Source: Tubiluchus corallicola (lineage: Eukaryota; Animalia; Priapulida). Taken from it: DNA of 64,000 nt. Below, piece by piece: positions 14,083 to 26,772 of the stretch. How positions within the stretch are numbered: position 1 is the stretch's first letter; every line of letters starts with the position of its first letter. The notes beneath the pieces are model-generated. The model was not told the DNA's origin and did no database searches. It was given only the letters and a program-made list of their open reading frames with translations. The stretch is from assembly GCA_030141605.1 (NCBI GenBank), contig JAQGDQ010001049.1:1-64000 (forward strand), read 5' to 3'. A program made the translations under genes and the position numbers.

Positions 14083-14183
14083 GAACAAGAATGAGCGGCT
14101 CATCAAAGTATGCAGCTGATAGCTTCCTCATCCGGATGAGATTTCTGGCAACGGTGGGTTGCTATCTTATTGCTTCTTGCGAT
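14083..14183 (+). pseudogene. Decayed orphan copy of mGluR-like exon 7 (ICL1-TM2)
   Basis: cag|AACAAGAATGAGCGGCTCATCAAAGTATGCAGC is nearly identical to gene A 9161-9196. It is followed by an in-frame TGA, a small deletion and a diverged SFLIRMRFLAT (vs [11 protein letters not shown]), then a long (CT)n. Confidence 0.75.
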
Positions 14184-14204
14184 AGATGGCGCAACAATGC
14201 GCGT

Positions 14205-14341
<137 letters not shown>

Positions 14342-15199
14342 CTTACTCTTTCAGTATCTCTTTGCTCTAAAGTACTCGCAAATGTCGTTTTTACCGAACT
14401 ATGAGATGAACTAACAATTTGCCAGAGATTCCTAGATGTATTCGTAAAAACTGGCAACTTAAAGAGTTGCATATAGAATGCTGTTCTATTCTTGTCATCT
14501 TTATTGACCCTTATTGGGCTTCTTATATACCCTCCTAATCCTGTTTTTCTGTTTCTCTTCATTTGTCACAATTTCTTTTTCTTTTTCTCTTTCTCTTAAT
14601 CGTTCTCTCTCTCTCTCTCTTTCTCTTAAATAGTCCATGTGTGTCTTTTGTTTCCTCTGGAAACAGACAAAGTATTATCATTGCAAAGAAACACCTTCCA
14701 CGTTTTGGTCTTAGAGAGCACTGCTACTTTTAAAGAATTATAAAGACAAATTTATCACTGTCATTTGGTACGTCAGAAAACGCAGCAAACAAATATTCAA
14801 TATTATTAAAAATGTCAATCTTTATCACCCTGCTAATATGGGCATTTCTAAAGTGCATTTCATGTTTAATTTGGTTAAGGTTACAATAAATATTAATTCG
14901 ATCACGCACAGGTACTTTATTATGTTTATAGATTCATTGGTCAATTTATGAGCGGTTATCCTAAATTTGGTATAGCCGTACATATTTGTTTGCTCGCAAA
15001 ACAATTCAAGTTTCACTAGTAAAATTTTGCGGAAGGATGAGTCATGAATTATGGAGGACCTCATTACAATTTGGCAGTCACCGAGTGAGGATTTGGGAAA
15101 TAAATCAATTTTGTGTGAGAGATTTTGCGAGTTTTTATGATTTAGTTAAGCCACAAATCACAAGAATCTGTGTGGTTTTACTTCATGGCCCTGGAATTC

Positions 15200-15356
15200 T
15201 AATGCAAAGATTCCTGGTTCAAATCCAGGCTCAGTCCTGGTTTTTCATATTTCTCGTGTTTTGATTTTATTTCAAATTTGATTAAAAAAATGGATTTGTT
15301 CTACCATTAACTGAAAACCTTAAAGTTAAGATTATAAATTACTGACAAATAAAACT
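15200..15356 (+). mobile_element. tRNA-derived SINE-like fragment
   Basis: cctggttcaaatccaggctcagtcctggtttttcatatttctcg, similar to 46955-47110 and to the reverse complement of 45495-45545. Confidence 0.5.
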
Positions 15357-15482
15357 TTAGTAGAGAAAATTAAAAACCAGTTAAGTGACAACATATTTAT
15401 TTCTTGCATAAATGAGATTTAGATACGTGTATATAGAATGTAAACGCATGTATAGATTAAGTGCTACAAAGTCACGACGAAA

Positions 15483-15794
15483 GAGGCGACTAGACGTCTT
15501 TTCCAAGAACATTATGTACATCTAATAGCGATCAGACATATTTTCCAAGAACATTGCGTACAGCTAAAGGCGACCAGACGTCTTTTCCAAATACAATGTG
15601 TACGTCTGAAGGCGACTAGACGTCTTCTCCAAAAACAATGCGTACGTCTAAAGACGACTCGACAGCTTTTCCTAGAACATTTTGTATTTCTAAAGGCAAC
15701 TAGACGTCTCCTCCAAATACAATGTGTACATCTAACGGCAACTACTCGTTTTCTCCAAGAACAATGCGCACGTCTAAAGACGGCTAGTTTTCTT
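15483..15794. repeat. 42-bp minisatellite, ~7.4 diverged copies
   Basis: Consensus is approximately AAGGCGACTAGACGTCTTTTCCAAGAACAATGCGTACGTCTA, with ttccaa at 15501, 15543, 15585 and onward (period 42). Confidence 0.93.
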
Positions 15795-16719
15795 CCGCAG
15801 CTATGTTATGCATGGCTAAGAGCGAGCGAAACGGCGTGGTGGAAAACTGTCCAAAACTATTTGAAGAGCATCCAAAAATGTTTCTGAAAAAAGAAATTTA
15901 AGTAAAACAATATTTGTCACCGCAAGTTAAATAATGACTTTTTACAATGGTTTTGCGAGAACAAGTCGCGCAGCTTAAATGATGGAAAAAGAATAGTTCG
16001 TAAACACCCCACTAGAACCGCAGTACCCTCTAGAGAAAATGTAATAAAGAAACCTAGCCAGAATTGCTAACGGTTTAATAGAATTTAGAAACATCCCAAG
16101 ATACAGTCGTTTTACTCATTGGAAAGTTCAAAGACATCAAAAAAGGGTTCGAATCTTTATATTTTTTAAATTTCACCATGCAGGGGGAAGGCATGGCCTC
16201 TATTTAGAAGGTAGATTATGAAGCCATTTAGTGCACTTACGAGACCAGTGGAAGTCGCCTCCACTTATATGGAAATGTTGTATAACATGAAATAGTTTGG
16301 ATGTTGAGCACATATGAAATTATAATAGGGCTTTTAATTGGTGATTTCACTTTATCTTGGTTGTTTTTCAATGTCTAAATAATAATAAAACTAAATGCTA
16401 AACGCTTCACATGCATTGGAACACGAAAACGAAGACTGACGTCTATTGTTGTTGTTGTTGTCGCTGTCGTCGCTGTTGCTGTTATTACGGTAGAGCTCGC
16501 CTATGAACTTAGTTAACTTTAATTTTTAAAGGTTCCTGATTATTATTTATTAACTTATATCTTAGCAACCTAGCTGTTAAAGAAATAAACTTTTTATGAG
16601 CAAGTAATTTTGGAATAACACAAATTGATGAAGGGGAAAGCGAATTCTTGAAATGAAAATAGCAGCCAGTTCCCACTTAAGCAGTAATACTATATGGATT
16701 ATTGTGAGTTGCAGTCGGC

Positions 16720-17105
16720 ACAATGAGCTTTTCCACATTTTCGTTGTACGCACGCGCAGTTGCTGTAGGTCAAAGGTTAAGTGTACCACATCAACGCCTC
16801 TTAACTACAACAGTCACGTGACATTGGGTAGAGCCAAGCCGTATGCCGCGCCAGTTCAACAGCTTCCGTTGTTTTACGTGAACTTTACTTTATTACGTAT
16901 TAATCTGTGGGTAGAGTGATTTACTAGCAGGATCTTGCTTGGGAACAAGAAAAAATGAACTACGTAAGGTTCTAGCTAGCTGTTAAGACGGTTACTATTA
17001 CAATATGCGTGGGCTGCGAGGTGTTGTCAGTGTACACAAATGCGTTGTTTGGTACACTTAACCTTTGACCTTTTCACGATCGGCATCAATCGCTGGAACT
17101 GTGAA
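16720..17105 (+). repeat. Dispersed repeat (~380 bp), second copy at ~55460-55800
   Basis: Colinear shared blocks: gcgcagttgctgtag, acaac(a/t)gtcacgtgacat, gttgttttacgtg, gaacaagaaaaaatgaacta, tacacaaatgcg. Confidence 0.85.
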
Positions 17106-17523
17106 CGACTTATTGCGCAAAACACGATGCAACCAGTACACCACAAACACTTCCTCACCAGGACTCAATTTAAACCGATCACAATTACGAAGTTTCAACA
17201 AATTGCACACTTTTGGGAAGCCTCTGCATATTATTATTATTGTTACATAAAAATAAAATATACTGCTTTCAAAAACTTAATCATTTATTGTATTCGTATG
17301 TGGTGGTTTTATTGGCTGTGCGTTTAGCCGTGTTTCAAGGTCAAATTCGAGCGTCTGTTGTTTTACAGATATATCGTGGCGTGAAAATAATAAATGCTAA
17401 AAGATTTCAACATGTGCCTTGCTAATGATAGTACTGCATTGATAATATTTGCCAATGTAACCTGAGAGGTAGGGATTAAATATATATATATATATATATA
17501 TATGGGATTAAATATATGTATAC

Positions 17524-17929
17524 TGTAGCGGATAGCCCTATAGGCTGAATAGGCTGAAGCCTAAGGCCCGGGATCAAAAGGGGCCCGGCAAAATAAAACG
17601 AAAAAATCTTTATTGACAAAAGAGCAAGGGGCCCGCCAAAATAAAATATAGAAAAAAGTTTTTTTTTCAAAAGTCAGTCACTATATTTCAAATCGGGTTT
17701 ACACAATTTAAGTTTACACAATTCAAGTTTACACAATTTAAGTTTACACAATTCACGTTTACACAGTTTAAGTTTAAGTTCAAAATTTCAGTTTCCGAAT
17801 TTTTCTGGGGGCACCACAAAGGGCCCGACGAGAACTCCACAAAAACACGTCAGCTCAGCAGTGTAGCAACATTTAAAAGGCCCGTTCCAAGCTCAAGCCT
17901 AAGGCCCATAAAATCATAATCCGCCGCTG
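17524..17929. mobile_element. hAT-like MITE inserted in (TA)n, with an internal 15-bp tandem repeat
   Basis: Ends ctgtagcggatag...taatccgccgctg resemble the element at 5111-5546; aagcctaaggccc lies near both ends; (GTTTACACAATTYAA)x5 at 17697-17770. Confidence 0.72.
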
Positions 17930-17978
17930 TATATATATATATATGGGATATATATATATGGGATTAAATATATATACT

Positions 17979-18873
17979 CGAAATGAGCAACAGAATTAAA
18001 GCGGGTAAATTAGGCGCCAAGATAAAATTGTTCAGTAAACCAGTTTTGGCGTAAGTTTGCAAGAGTCATTCGAATAATGTTACCCAAACCTGGCAACCGT
18101 GACCGTATATTTATATATATATAAAAAGAGCGATAATAAAAGGCAAATAAAGTTTTGAAAAGAAGAAGGAATTTTTAGTAATTTGCATATTTGGAAATAA
18201 GGTTATACAATATATAGAAACAATAAGAAAAAATTATTACAGTTATGTTATGATTGGGTATGACAACATGCATAAAATGAATGGCAAGAACTAGAAGTAA
18301 AAACTTGCTAGGTGCTTGCGACACTGTAAACGCTTCCAATTAATAATTACAAAGAAAAACAGAACAAAAACGAGGGTTTCACGCAGTTTAAAAGTTGTGC
18401 AAAACAAGGATATGAGCGATGGATAAAAGAATGTTCAAAAGGATAGGAAGAGTGGTTTGTGAAGATTCAGCTCAATGAGATTAGAAAGCTGTAGATTCTA
18501 TTCAGACAACACAAGGTTATCACGACTATGTATTGCAAAACCAGCGGCTTTCTCTGGTTTGTCATCGTTTCGACTAGCCATTGTGTCTACTACTGAATTT
18601 GCACCTGCTTGCTCTCCCTAATGGCTTCTTAAGCGCCTCTTTATTGAGCCGGAAATTACCTCAATTTACACAGACAATTAATCAAATCATTAAAGCAATT
18701 AAACTTACTTATTGCTGAATTGGCAATAAATTGTATGAGCAGCTTCGTGAATCGAAATGAGTAACAGAATTAAAGCGGGTAAATTAGGCGCCAAGACAAA
18801 ATTGTTCAGAATCCGTGTTTTGGGGTAAATTTGCAAGAGTCATTCGAATAATGTTACCCAAACATTGCAACCC
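17979..18873 (+). repeat. Pair of ~120-bp direct repeats (17979-18099 and 18753-18873)
   Basis: cgaaatgag(c/t)aacagaattaaagcgggtaaattaggcgccaaga...gtcattcgaataatgttacccaaac..gcaacc is present twice. Confidence 0.9.
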
Positions 18874-19359
18874 TTGGTGTCTTATTTCAGGCGCTGTTAC
18901 ACATTTTGTGGGCAAGAGTACAGTGGTAATAAAAGCTACTGGATTGCTTATAGGTAAGGCTTCATTTCCTGAAGTTAAACATATGGGGTTTTGGACTTTT
19001 GGTGCTAATTTGATGGTTGGCAGTTCATACTTCTTCGATTGACCCATTTTTGCCTACTGATTTGCGCTTTGGGTCACTTGCGTTTTCTAAATCGCCCGCT
19101 GATAGTTAACTAAATATTGTAACTGCTCTATATCGTAAACGTAGTGAACAATTCTACTAAACCTAAAAAGGATAATCAATAATTTGATTGCCTGACGACT
19201 TGAATAGCGTAAACTTGATGAAAAATGTTGTTAATCTTCTTTCTCCTTTTCTCTGTATTTTCACCATGTCTCTGTTCCATATTTTTTTGTTTCTTGTCTT
19301 TTTCTCGCCGCCTTTTATCATTGCAAGTTTTCTTTTTATCTGTTTTCTTCTCTCTTTAC

Positions 19360-19360
<1 letters not shown>

Positions 19361-19424
<64 letters not shown>
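19361..19424. repeat. (CT)n microsatellite
   Basis: Directly visible. Confidence 0.98.
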
Positions 19425-19427
<3 letters not shown>

Positions 19428-19660
19428 CTTTCTCTCTCGTTCTCTCTTTTTATCTTTCTCACTCCTCTCTCTTCTCTTTTTTCCCTTTATCTCCCTCTTC
19501 CCCTTTTTTCCTTTTCTGTTTCCTTTGAGTCATATAAGATAATTTTACGAACATTAAAAAAACCACAAAGTAAATCAAGTTAGCCTCCATTTTCGGTGAT
19601 CAGTAACATGGAAATATACGCTATTACTATTATTAATAGATTAACGTAGATCTAATTAGA

Positions 19661-21196
19661 CTACATTAGATTTAGATACCGTAGTTGATGATCTAGTTGC
19701 GCCTTTTCAATTCGTTTATCTTTAGCCCGTCTGTTTTGAAACCAGATTTTAATTTGCGTTTCAGTCAGATCTAAAGTTTCAGCAAGTTCGTATCGTCGAG
19801 TTCTTGAGACGTATTCTGCTCTGTGAAACTCCAGTTCTAATCTCATAGTTTGCTCACTAGAAAACGTAGTTCGTTGTCTTCTTTGGCGATTGTCCTTTCG
19901 TCGTCTTCTAGATACTAAATATAAAAAATCTTTCTTGCTTATATATATACGCTACTGCTAAGTTAAATGAAGAACATTATCTGTCTGTGTATCATTCAAA
20001 TTTTAGAATTATTTTCATTAAATTCGTTAATTCTACGCAGCTTCAGTAACACGAAATAAATGAAATATATTTTCTTTGCAGTTTCTTCAATCCATGTACA
20101 AAAATGGGAACCGATATTATAATGGGTAATAATAGCACTTGATGTACAGTACATGTTCTGATGGTGGCGCTGCTAAATTGAACGAACAATCAGACGATCT
20201 TAACAGTGATGTTTTTCTGAATGTGACGTATGCTTTAAAATGTGCAGTTTTTCCACAATCATACGTTTTGTGTTGAATGATTAGATGCTGCTACTAGTAT
20301 ATCTTCATGTCCTCGGTTTACTTGTTTTGGGGGACAGACTTGAGGCTGCTATAGTCGAGCCTTATTATTGAAAAGAAATGAATATTGAAAATTTCTTGTT
20401 GTATTTTAAAAATGTTGTTTTATTATTAAAAAACTTCATGTACCACAGTCTATTCATCCGATGATTCGACAAGGAGTTCACTATTCCTTTGGCAACATTT
20501 AAGTCTGAAACTGGCGTAATCGTGTATGTTTGAAAAATGTAACCTATACATATAAGCTACTTTATAAGTTTTGCATATGAAATACCAAAAAATAAAAAAA
20601 ATCCCAGCAGCTGCCAACTGACTGCATCATTTTCAATTTACTAAAATGACCATGTTGCTGTTAGCGACAATGTTCAGTCTTATTTATTTTAAAATTAAGA
20701 TTTCTAAATGACAAATTTATTACAAATACCGAAGAAGTATTGGATACTTACACATTGAATTTAACTTGTGGTAAGGAGAGAAGTTTGTGTAAAAGGGAAA
20801 ATGTTGTTGCAACATGTAAGTTGGTGGAATACACTGTTGGTCGACTGGAAATGTCTGGGTATCTTCTAAATGTTGTCCCTGATTTCGTTCATCTTGAAAC
20901 GAGGAGTGCAATGGGTATGAACTTCCACTTCCTTCTGCATTACTACCATCACCATTCACTTCATTTGCATCATTGTTATCGTCATCTGCGAATGGACGAT
21001 ACAATTTTTGCTTTTTGTTCACGGGAACAAATGCAGATTTCCTAGCCGGTTTGCTAAGATTAGTATCATAACCTGGATTAGATTCCGTGGATTCTATTAA
21101 TCCTCTAACACTAACGTTGAATGCAGCACCATCGCGGACATTAAGTTCGTTTTCTTCTCTCATTGTCATAGATGAAGCTACTTGTCCTACAAACAT
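19661..21196 (-). CDS. ro: Rough-family (ANTP class) homeobox transcription factor
   Basis: Exon 21196-20752 (donor gtaagt, phase 1) joins exon 19914-19680/19661, encoding [64 protein letters not shown]. This closely matches the Drosophila Rough homeodomain and its KDKRIEKAQ flank as I recall it. The 3' end is uncertain: either read-on to the stop at 19661 or a splice at 19680 to an unlocated exon. Confidence 0.88.
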
Positions 21197-23539
21197 TGTT
21201 GAAAATATTTATAAACATCAAGGATAGGTTATCATGACTATTATGTTTCTTCGAAACTGTAGGACAGAAACAAAACTCCGCAGATTGGTAAAGGTACAGT
21301 AGTTTCTATTAGTTTCAAAATAATTTTAACAGATGTCTACACAGAACTGTAACCGGTTAGAATGTTATGTATGACCAAAGCTTGCAGCGTCCTCTATTGA
21401 CGAGAAAAACGTACATCATAAGCTTGTGGTCCTTTAAGTGCAGATTTTGCGTTTCTTTGCAGGCAGTTTACTTAAATCTTTAACCGTCATAGTCACACGT
21501 TGTTTGCCATTAAGAGAAGACCCTTTTCTTCAAATAGTCTTGTAGCACCACTGACCTTACGTTTTAGTTCACATATACATCTTCAATCTTTTTTGTAGAG
21601 TCTTACGTTTTAGAAACCCACACACCCACACAGACAGCGCCAAAGAAACACTGATTATATTAAGAAACCTGTCTTTCAAATATTTTGCCTATAGATTCCT
21701 AATAGCTTGCACGTGTAACTTGCATCCCATTTTGCAATGCAGAATTGCTAGTGAACATACCTAGGCAAGCTGATTATCAGTAAAAATGAGAAAGACCACA
21801 CCCCGTGTGACATGTCAGGTAATTTACGATTGTCGTCGAGGGCAGGTGTTACACATTCGTGTACGAAGACATTAGCCGAATGATTAAAGCAATGAAATTT
21901 GCAGGTAAAATAAATTTGATTGGCTGTGAGATGTTAGCTCATTGCAATTGATGATGGAAATTAGTCTTTATGGATAACAGTAACGGTAGACGGAAACGTA
22001 TAGAAACGAGTTTGGCTGAATATTCTTAATGGTCATGGACTTAACAGGCAATCGACATGTTCAAACAGTTTTTATATTTTGTATAACCGAGCATTTTGAT
22101 TTGGTTTTAGTACACAAATAAATTTCCATGCTTTTGAATGATGTAACACGGTAAATAACTCAAAGATCTCGAAAAACATCTGTAGCTATTATCAGTTTAC
22201 TGTAAACAGGAGGCGGATTAAGAGTTTCATTGGCTTAATTCTACCAACAAAAAGGAAGGCCTAAACGAAGAGACTCGTGTATAGGTGAGCTTGCCATCAA
22301 ACTTCTTGAAAACTATAAAAAATGTTAATTCTTACGGAGCTGTTCTTTGGTTTTTGTATAAATTTATCAATGGCCTTTGTCGTTATTTGTGATGAATGGG
22401 AATGATTTTGTCTGTGTTAATCAGAAGCCGAGTTGCTGTTCGTCTTTGACGCTTCCTCTGATGAAGATTCTAAAACGTTGCACAATGAGAAATATACTGC
22501 ACATGTCTAAATGTCCCACTGTTTACCGTTGTCGAATCCTTAGGTCTAATGTGCCCAAATAAATAAATCCAAATGACACACGTGTGCAAATAACCTATGT
22601 GCCCAAATTGCCTATGTGGCCAATACTACTAGAGTCTAAACGCTTTGTGGTGAAGGAATCTGTGTCGAAACATGTGGGTCTACAGTGAAAAATGAAGTAT
22701 TTTGTGCACAATATAAGGCTCAGTAGATCAAGTGGCTTCCTGGCAAGGCATGAAATAGGAAAACAAATAAAAGCTACTTGTCTTTGGCATGTTCAAATTA
22801 AATAATTTTGTTATCCTATTTACGAAATAGCGTTATAGAGATATACATTATCTCTGTCTATTGGACATCGGTCTCAGAACTCCGAGGGCCTAATGGTTAA
22901 TCCAGCTGTGCTATAAGCATCAAAAATTGCAAGAGCAGAGCTCTGACAGCGGCCTCCATGCTCATACTTTGCAATGCTTTGGATGTAGCTTGAAATGTCA
23001 CTACTGATGGTAAACCAGGTAGAGTAAAGGGAAAATGTTTTGGCTTGTTTTAAGTGGTTCAACCGTTCTTTTTCATGGCTCTGCAAAACTTGTTTGTATA
23101 AATACGATTTTTTGAAGATTTATTTGTATATATGTATACTTATATACAAATAAGCCTTTATATTAGTATATATCATATATACAAAAATATTATATATATT
23201 TTTATATATAAATATACATATAATATATTTATATATAATTATAGATTTATATGTATATATAAATATCTTTTTTTGCCATAAGATAATGATAGTATACATT
23301 ATATAAATGTGAAATATCATTCAGTGACTGCCTGTCATTAATGGGCTACACTGCTAATAAGCAAATGCGTCTGTTGCAAAAATTAAAAACACAAGTGCAG
23401 TAAGAGAGCATAAAAACACAAGTATTAAAGTAAAAAATGATACAAGCTATAGCAAAACACTCCTATCTAAAAAAAACTAAAGCACACTTTTACAAATGCA
23501 TACTCAGTTAACACAATACGTATCATAGAGGTAATATAC

Positions 23540-24700
23540 ACACGTATCAGTTTGTAAAATTGAAATGCTGAATTTATACCAATAATGTCTTGTTCAAGGC
23601 ACTGTAATGCCACATTGATATTTTCATAATATTGATATTTTCATTGATATTTTAGAAATGTAAATATCATGAGGAGATGGTAATCAGTCTTGGAAAAAGT
23701 GCAAGTACATGGGCACTTTCCTTAGCACCGAAGATGACATTAAAAGCAGAAAGTAACAAGCAAGGCATGCTTTTCTTCAGCACAAGAATGTATTAACTAG
23801 CAAGAAATTAAGTCTTAACTTAAGACTTCGATTATTTAATGCTTACGTTACCAGCATATTTATGTACAACAGCGAAACCTGGGGTTTAACGATTACTCAA
23901 GAAGAGCAAATTGATACATTTCATAGAAGTCTTCTTCGGAAAGTTTTAAAGATAAGATGGCCATACATAATCAAAAATGAAGATTTATGCATCAGAACAA
24001 AAGAAATTTATCGGAGTTCAAAAGTCAAGATCAGAAGATTAAGATGGCTAGGACATCTTCTAATATTACCAAAAGAAGCACCAGTAAGAATCGCCTTAAA
24101 GAAAGCGTTAAAACCTTGCAAAAAACCACCTGGCAAACCTAAAACAACTTGGATAGCTAAGACAAATAAAGATGTTCAACATCTTCAACCAAATCTATCT
24201 TTAGGAGCAGATGAACTTACGCTGTTAGCTGCAGATAGAAGTGAGTGGAATACTCTTATAAATGTTGATAGCTCAATGCCTACAATAGGTGGAATGAGAT
24301 TTAGAAGAAATATATTTTGGCGTCATCGGCATACTGGGTGATGCGAGCATGTTGTAGAACACGATGTATATTGTTCACATGTAGACTAAAGAGCAGTGGC
24401 CCATGTAGTGTACCTTGTGAAATACCTCTATTTATGATAGCCCAGTCGGAATAAACATTTGATTTTAATTTTACCTATTGCATTTTGTCTTGTAAGAATC
24501 TTTTGATAAGGTTTATAGATGCCTGATTAAATTCAATTTGCTTGAGATTTTCCAGCAGCAACAAGTGATCAAGACTATCAAAAGCTTTGCTTAAATCTAA
24601 GAAAGCTGTTAATACATACTTATTTTTGTCTAGATCACTTGTGACGCACGCAGATTTAAACTGTTTCGTAGAATTTTCTCTTTACATTTTTCACATATTG
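23540..24700 (-). mobile_element. CR1/L2-group LINE RT relic, split by the RTE insertion
   Basis: 24700-24310 (-) translates ...AFLDLSKAFDSLDH...RGISQGTLHGPLLFSLHVNN...QYADDAKIYF with one stop. It appears to resume left of the RTE copy (NINVALQCLEQDI, ~23620-23570). Confidence 0.82.
23690..24309 (+). mobile_element. 5'-truncated RTE-like LINE fragment (RT C-terminal region), degenerate
   Basis: Translates WKKCKYMG...RK*QARHAF...LRLRLFNAYVTSIFMYNSETWGLT...FHRSLLRKVLKIRWP...RRLRWLGHLL...GKPKTTW. Confidence 0.85.
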
Positions 24701-26479
24701 ACATATTCACATATCACCGGCTTTTTCGTTTTATATAACTCACAGTTTTTCCTGTTATTGCTTGCCATTACCGTTCTGTACGGCAAATTTACGTGCGTAA
24801 TTAACCCTAGTCTCGGAGCTCGTTAAGAAACTAGGTACACTCTACGACGGTCAGAACTTGTCTGAGACTGTTGACTTATTTCTAGACTTGCTTAAATTGT
24901 ATCACTTATATACAACTTTTATTATTAAGTAATAGTAGATGTGAAATATTTCAGGTATGGGTCCCATTGGATGTACATTTTTTTTAGATTTTCTAATCGG
25001 TATTACCTTCCTGCGTTATGTGACTCAAGTCAACTCGTATTATGTCTTGATACAGTGTACATTGTTACTCCCCATTGATAGATCTCTAGTGGCTTAATGG
25101 TGTAAATTTCTAGGTCTGGATAGCTGCCAAGAAAGGAGAAGGAACTTGAGTTCGAGTCCCAGTGATGATGCAAAACTTTTCCAGACTTCCTCTAATTTAG
25201 CCCTGCTTTCGTGTGTTTATATGATTATTACAGTTAAACCAAGATTAAACGTAAACACATTTATTCACGAGTAATACAGCTATACTATGTAACTCAATGC
25301 TACTCTATACATTGTGCAACTTTCACGCAAATCCAAATTGTGGAGTTTCCTTTTAGTGCGTAGAATTGGAACAGTTGGCGAACGTTTTGGAGAAGTTGGT
25401 CAACCGCAAGATTGGTGTGTATTGCGCATGCGTGTGCATGAGCAGTAATGCGCCAGCAGGTGCAGATGAAATAACGATGCCGTTAATCTCGGCAGTAATA
25501 ATGATTTGATGTCCATTGCTATTAGCCTGTTGCTCATTGTTAATTATTACCCAATAAATATTATGATTATGGTATATAAACCAGTGAATTGCGTGATGCA
25601 ATTATTACTAATTTTAATTAACTAAGGAAAGTTCAGAGCCAAACATTGTCGACGTTTTTTTAATCCTTTGTTGAGCAGCAATATAAAATGTTTTTTTAAA
25701 AGAGGCTATGTTTCTGTTGTGCCAGAACTAGGAACTAACACATTATAAATTACCGAGTAGGATTATTGAAAAAGCGTTCCAAATTTAGAAATTTAGAAAC
25801 TTAGAAAAGTTTTCAAAAAAGGCAATGCTGCGTGCAACATTAAAAATGCACCTCAATTTAAAATGACGTAAGATTTTTAAGAGATTAAGGCATCACAGAT
25901 TATTTTTTCTGAACAAAAATCAGTTGACAGCAATAATATTAGATGGCAATGTTAGTAATAGGTCAGAAATAAAATACATGTAATAGTTATCATATAGTGT
26001 GCATGTCTCCCGACAGTGGCGAACTTTGGTGTTCTAGCATCAAAAATGATCAAAAATACCAAAATGGTAAATGAGTTACTTATTCACTGCATGGTGTTGC
26101 TTCCAGTTTCCATTTTTATCACATCTGAACAATCTGGGTTCTAGCCACGTGGTTTTGAAAGTATCGATAATCTAGCGTTAACACAATTTTTAGACGATAA
26201 ATAATAGTCGACTAATGAATATGGTGATGTATAGGGGACATCGGGGTTGGATGTAACACAAGCATGTTGAAATACTATTTTCCAATTTTATTAACTAATA
26301 AATAAGAAATAAATAAACTTAAATTATTTTTTATTTTTATATTTTGTTTATGTCTATGTGTTAACTTTGTAGTTGGAATAGTTAAATATGTGTGTATGTT
26401 AGTAGAATTCTTTCCTCTGCAAATAGAGGGACTATAGGCCTATTGTTATTGTACATAATAGCATAAAATATAGATCAAG

Positions 26480-26505
26480 TATTATTATTATTATTATTAT
26501 TATTC

Positions 26506-26576
<71 letters not shown>
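26480..26576. repeat. (ATT)n microsatellite
   Basis: Directly visible. Confidence 0.98.
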
Positions 26577-26772
26577 GTCCAAGTCTACCTAACGCCACAG
26601 TCTTCAATTATAAAGATGAATTTGCGTAAAAACCCGCAAGTGATTTCTGAAGCACTTCGATGTAAGAAAAAAAATTAAGAGTCGTTTAAGGATGAATGAA
26701 TATTTAATAAGCTATTGCACTTCATATTATGTGATGACTTCGGAGTGTTGTAAAATTGTTTCCTCGTGGTCA

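Noticed and set aside
15483-15794. CRISPR-like array
   Set aside because: Units are contiguous diverged 42-mers with no unique spacers, there are no cas genes, and the context is eukaryotic.
18784-19047. ORF as the last exon of rough
   Set aside because: No phase-2 acceptor puts it in frame, its 3' end overlaps a duplicated repeat, and there is no recognisable similarity.
20443-20543. Extra internal exon of rough
   Set aside because: It has AG/GT ends, but inclusion would shift the frame of the homeobox exon; direct splicing 20752->19914 is in frame.
25085-25200. tRNA genes (also at ~37914, ~39950, ~45185, ~46950)
   Set aside because: Only A/B-box-like motifs with no complete cloverleaf; treated as SINE-like relics.
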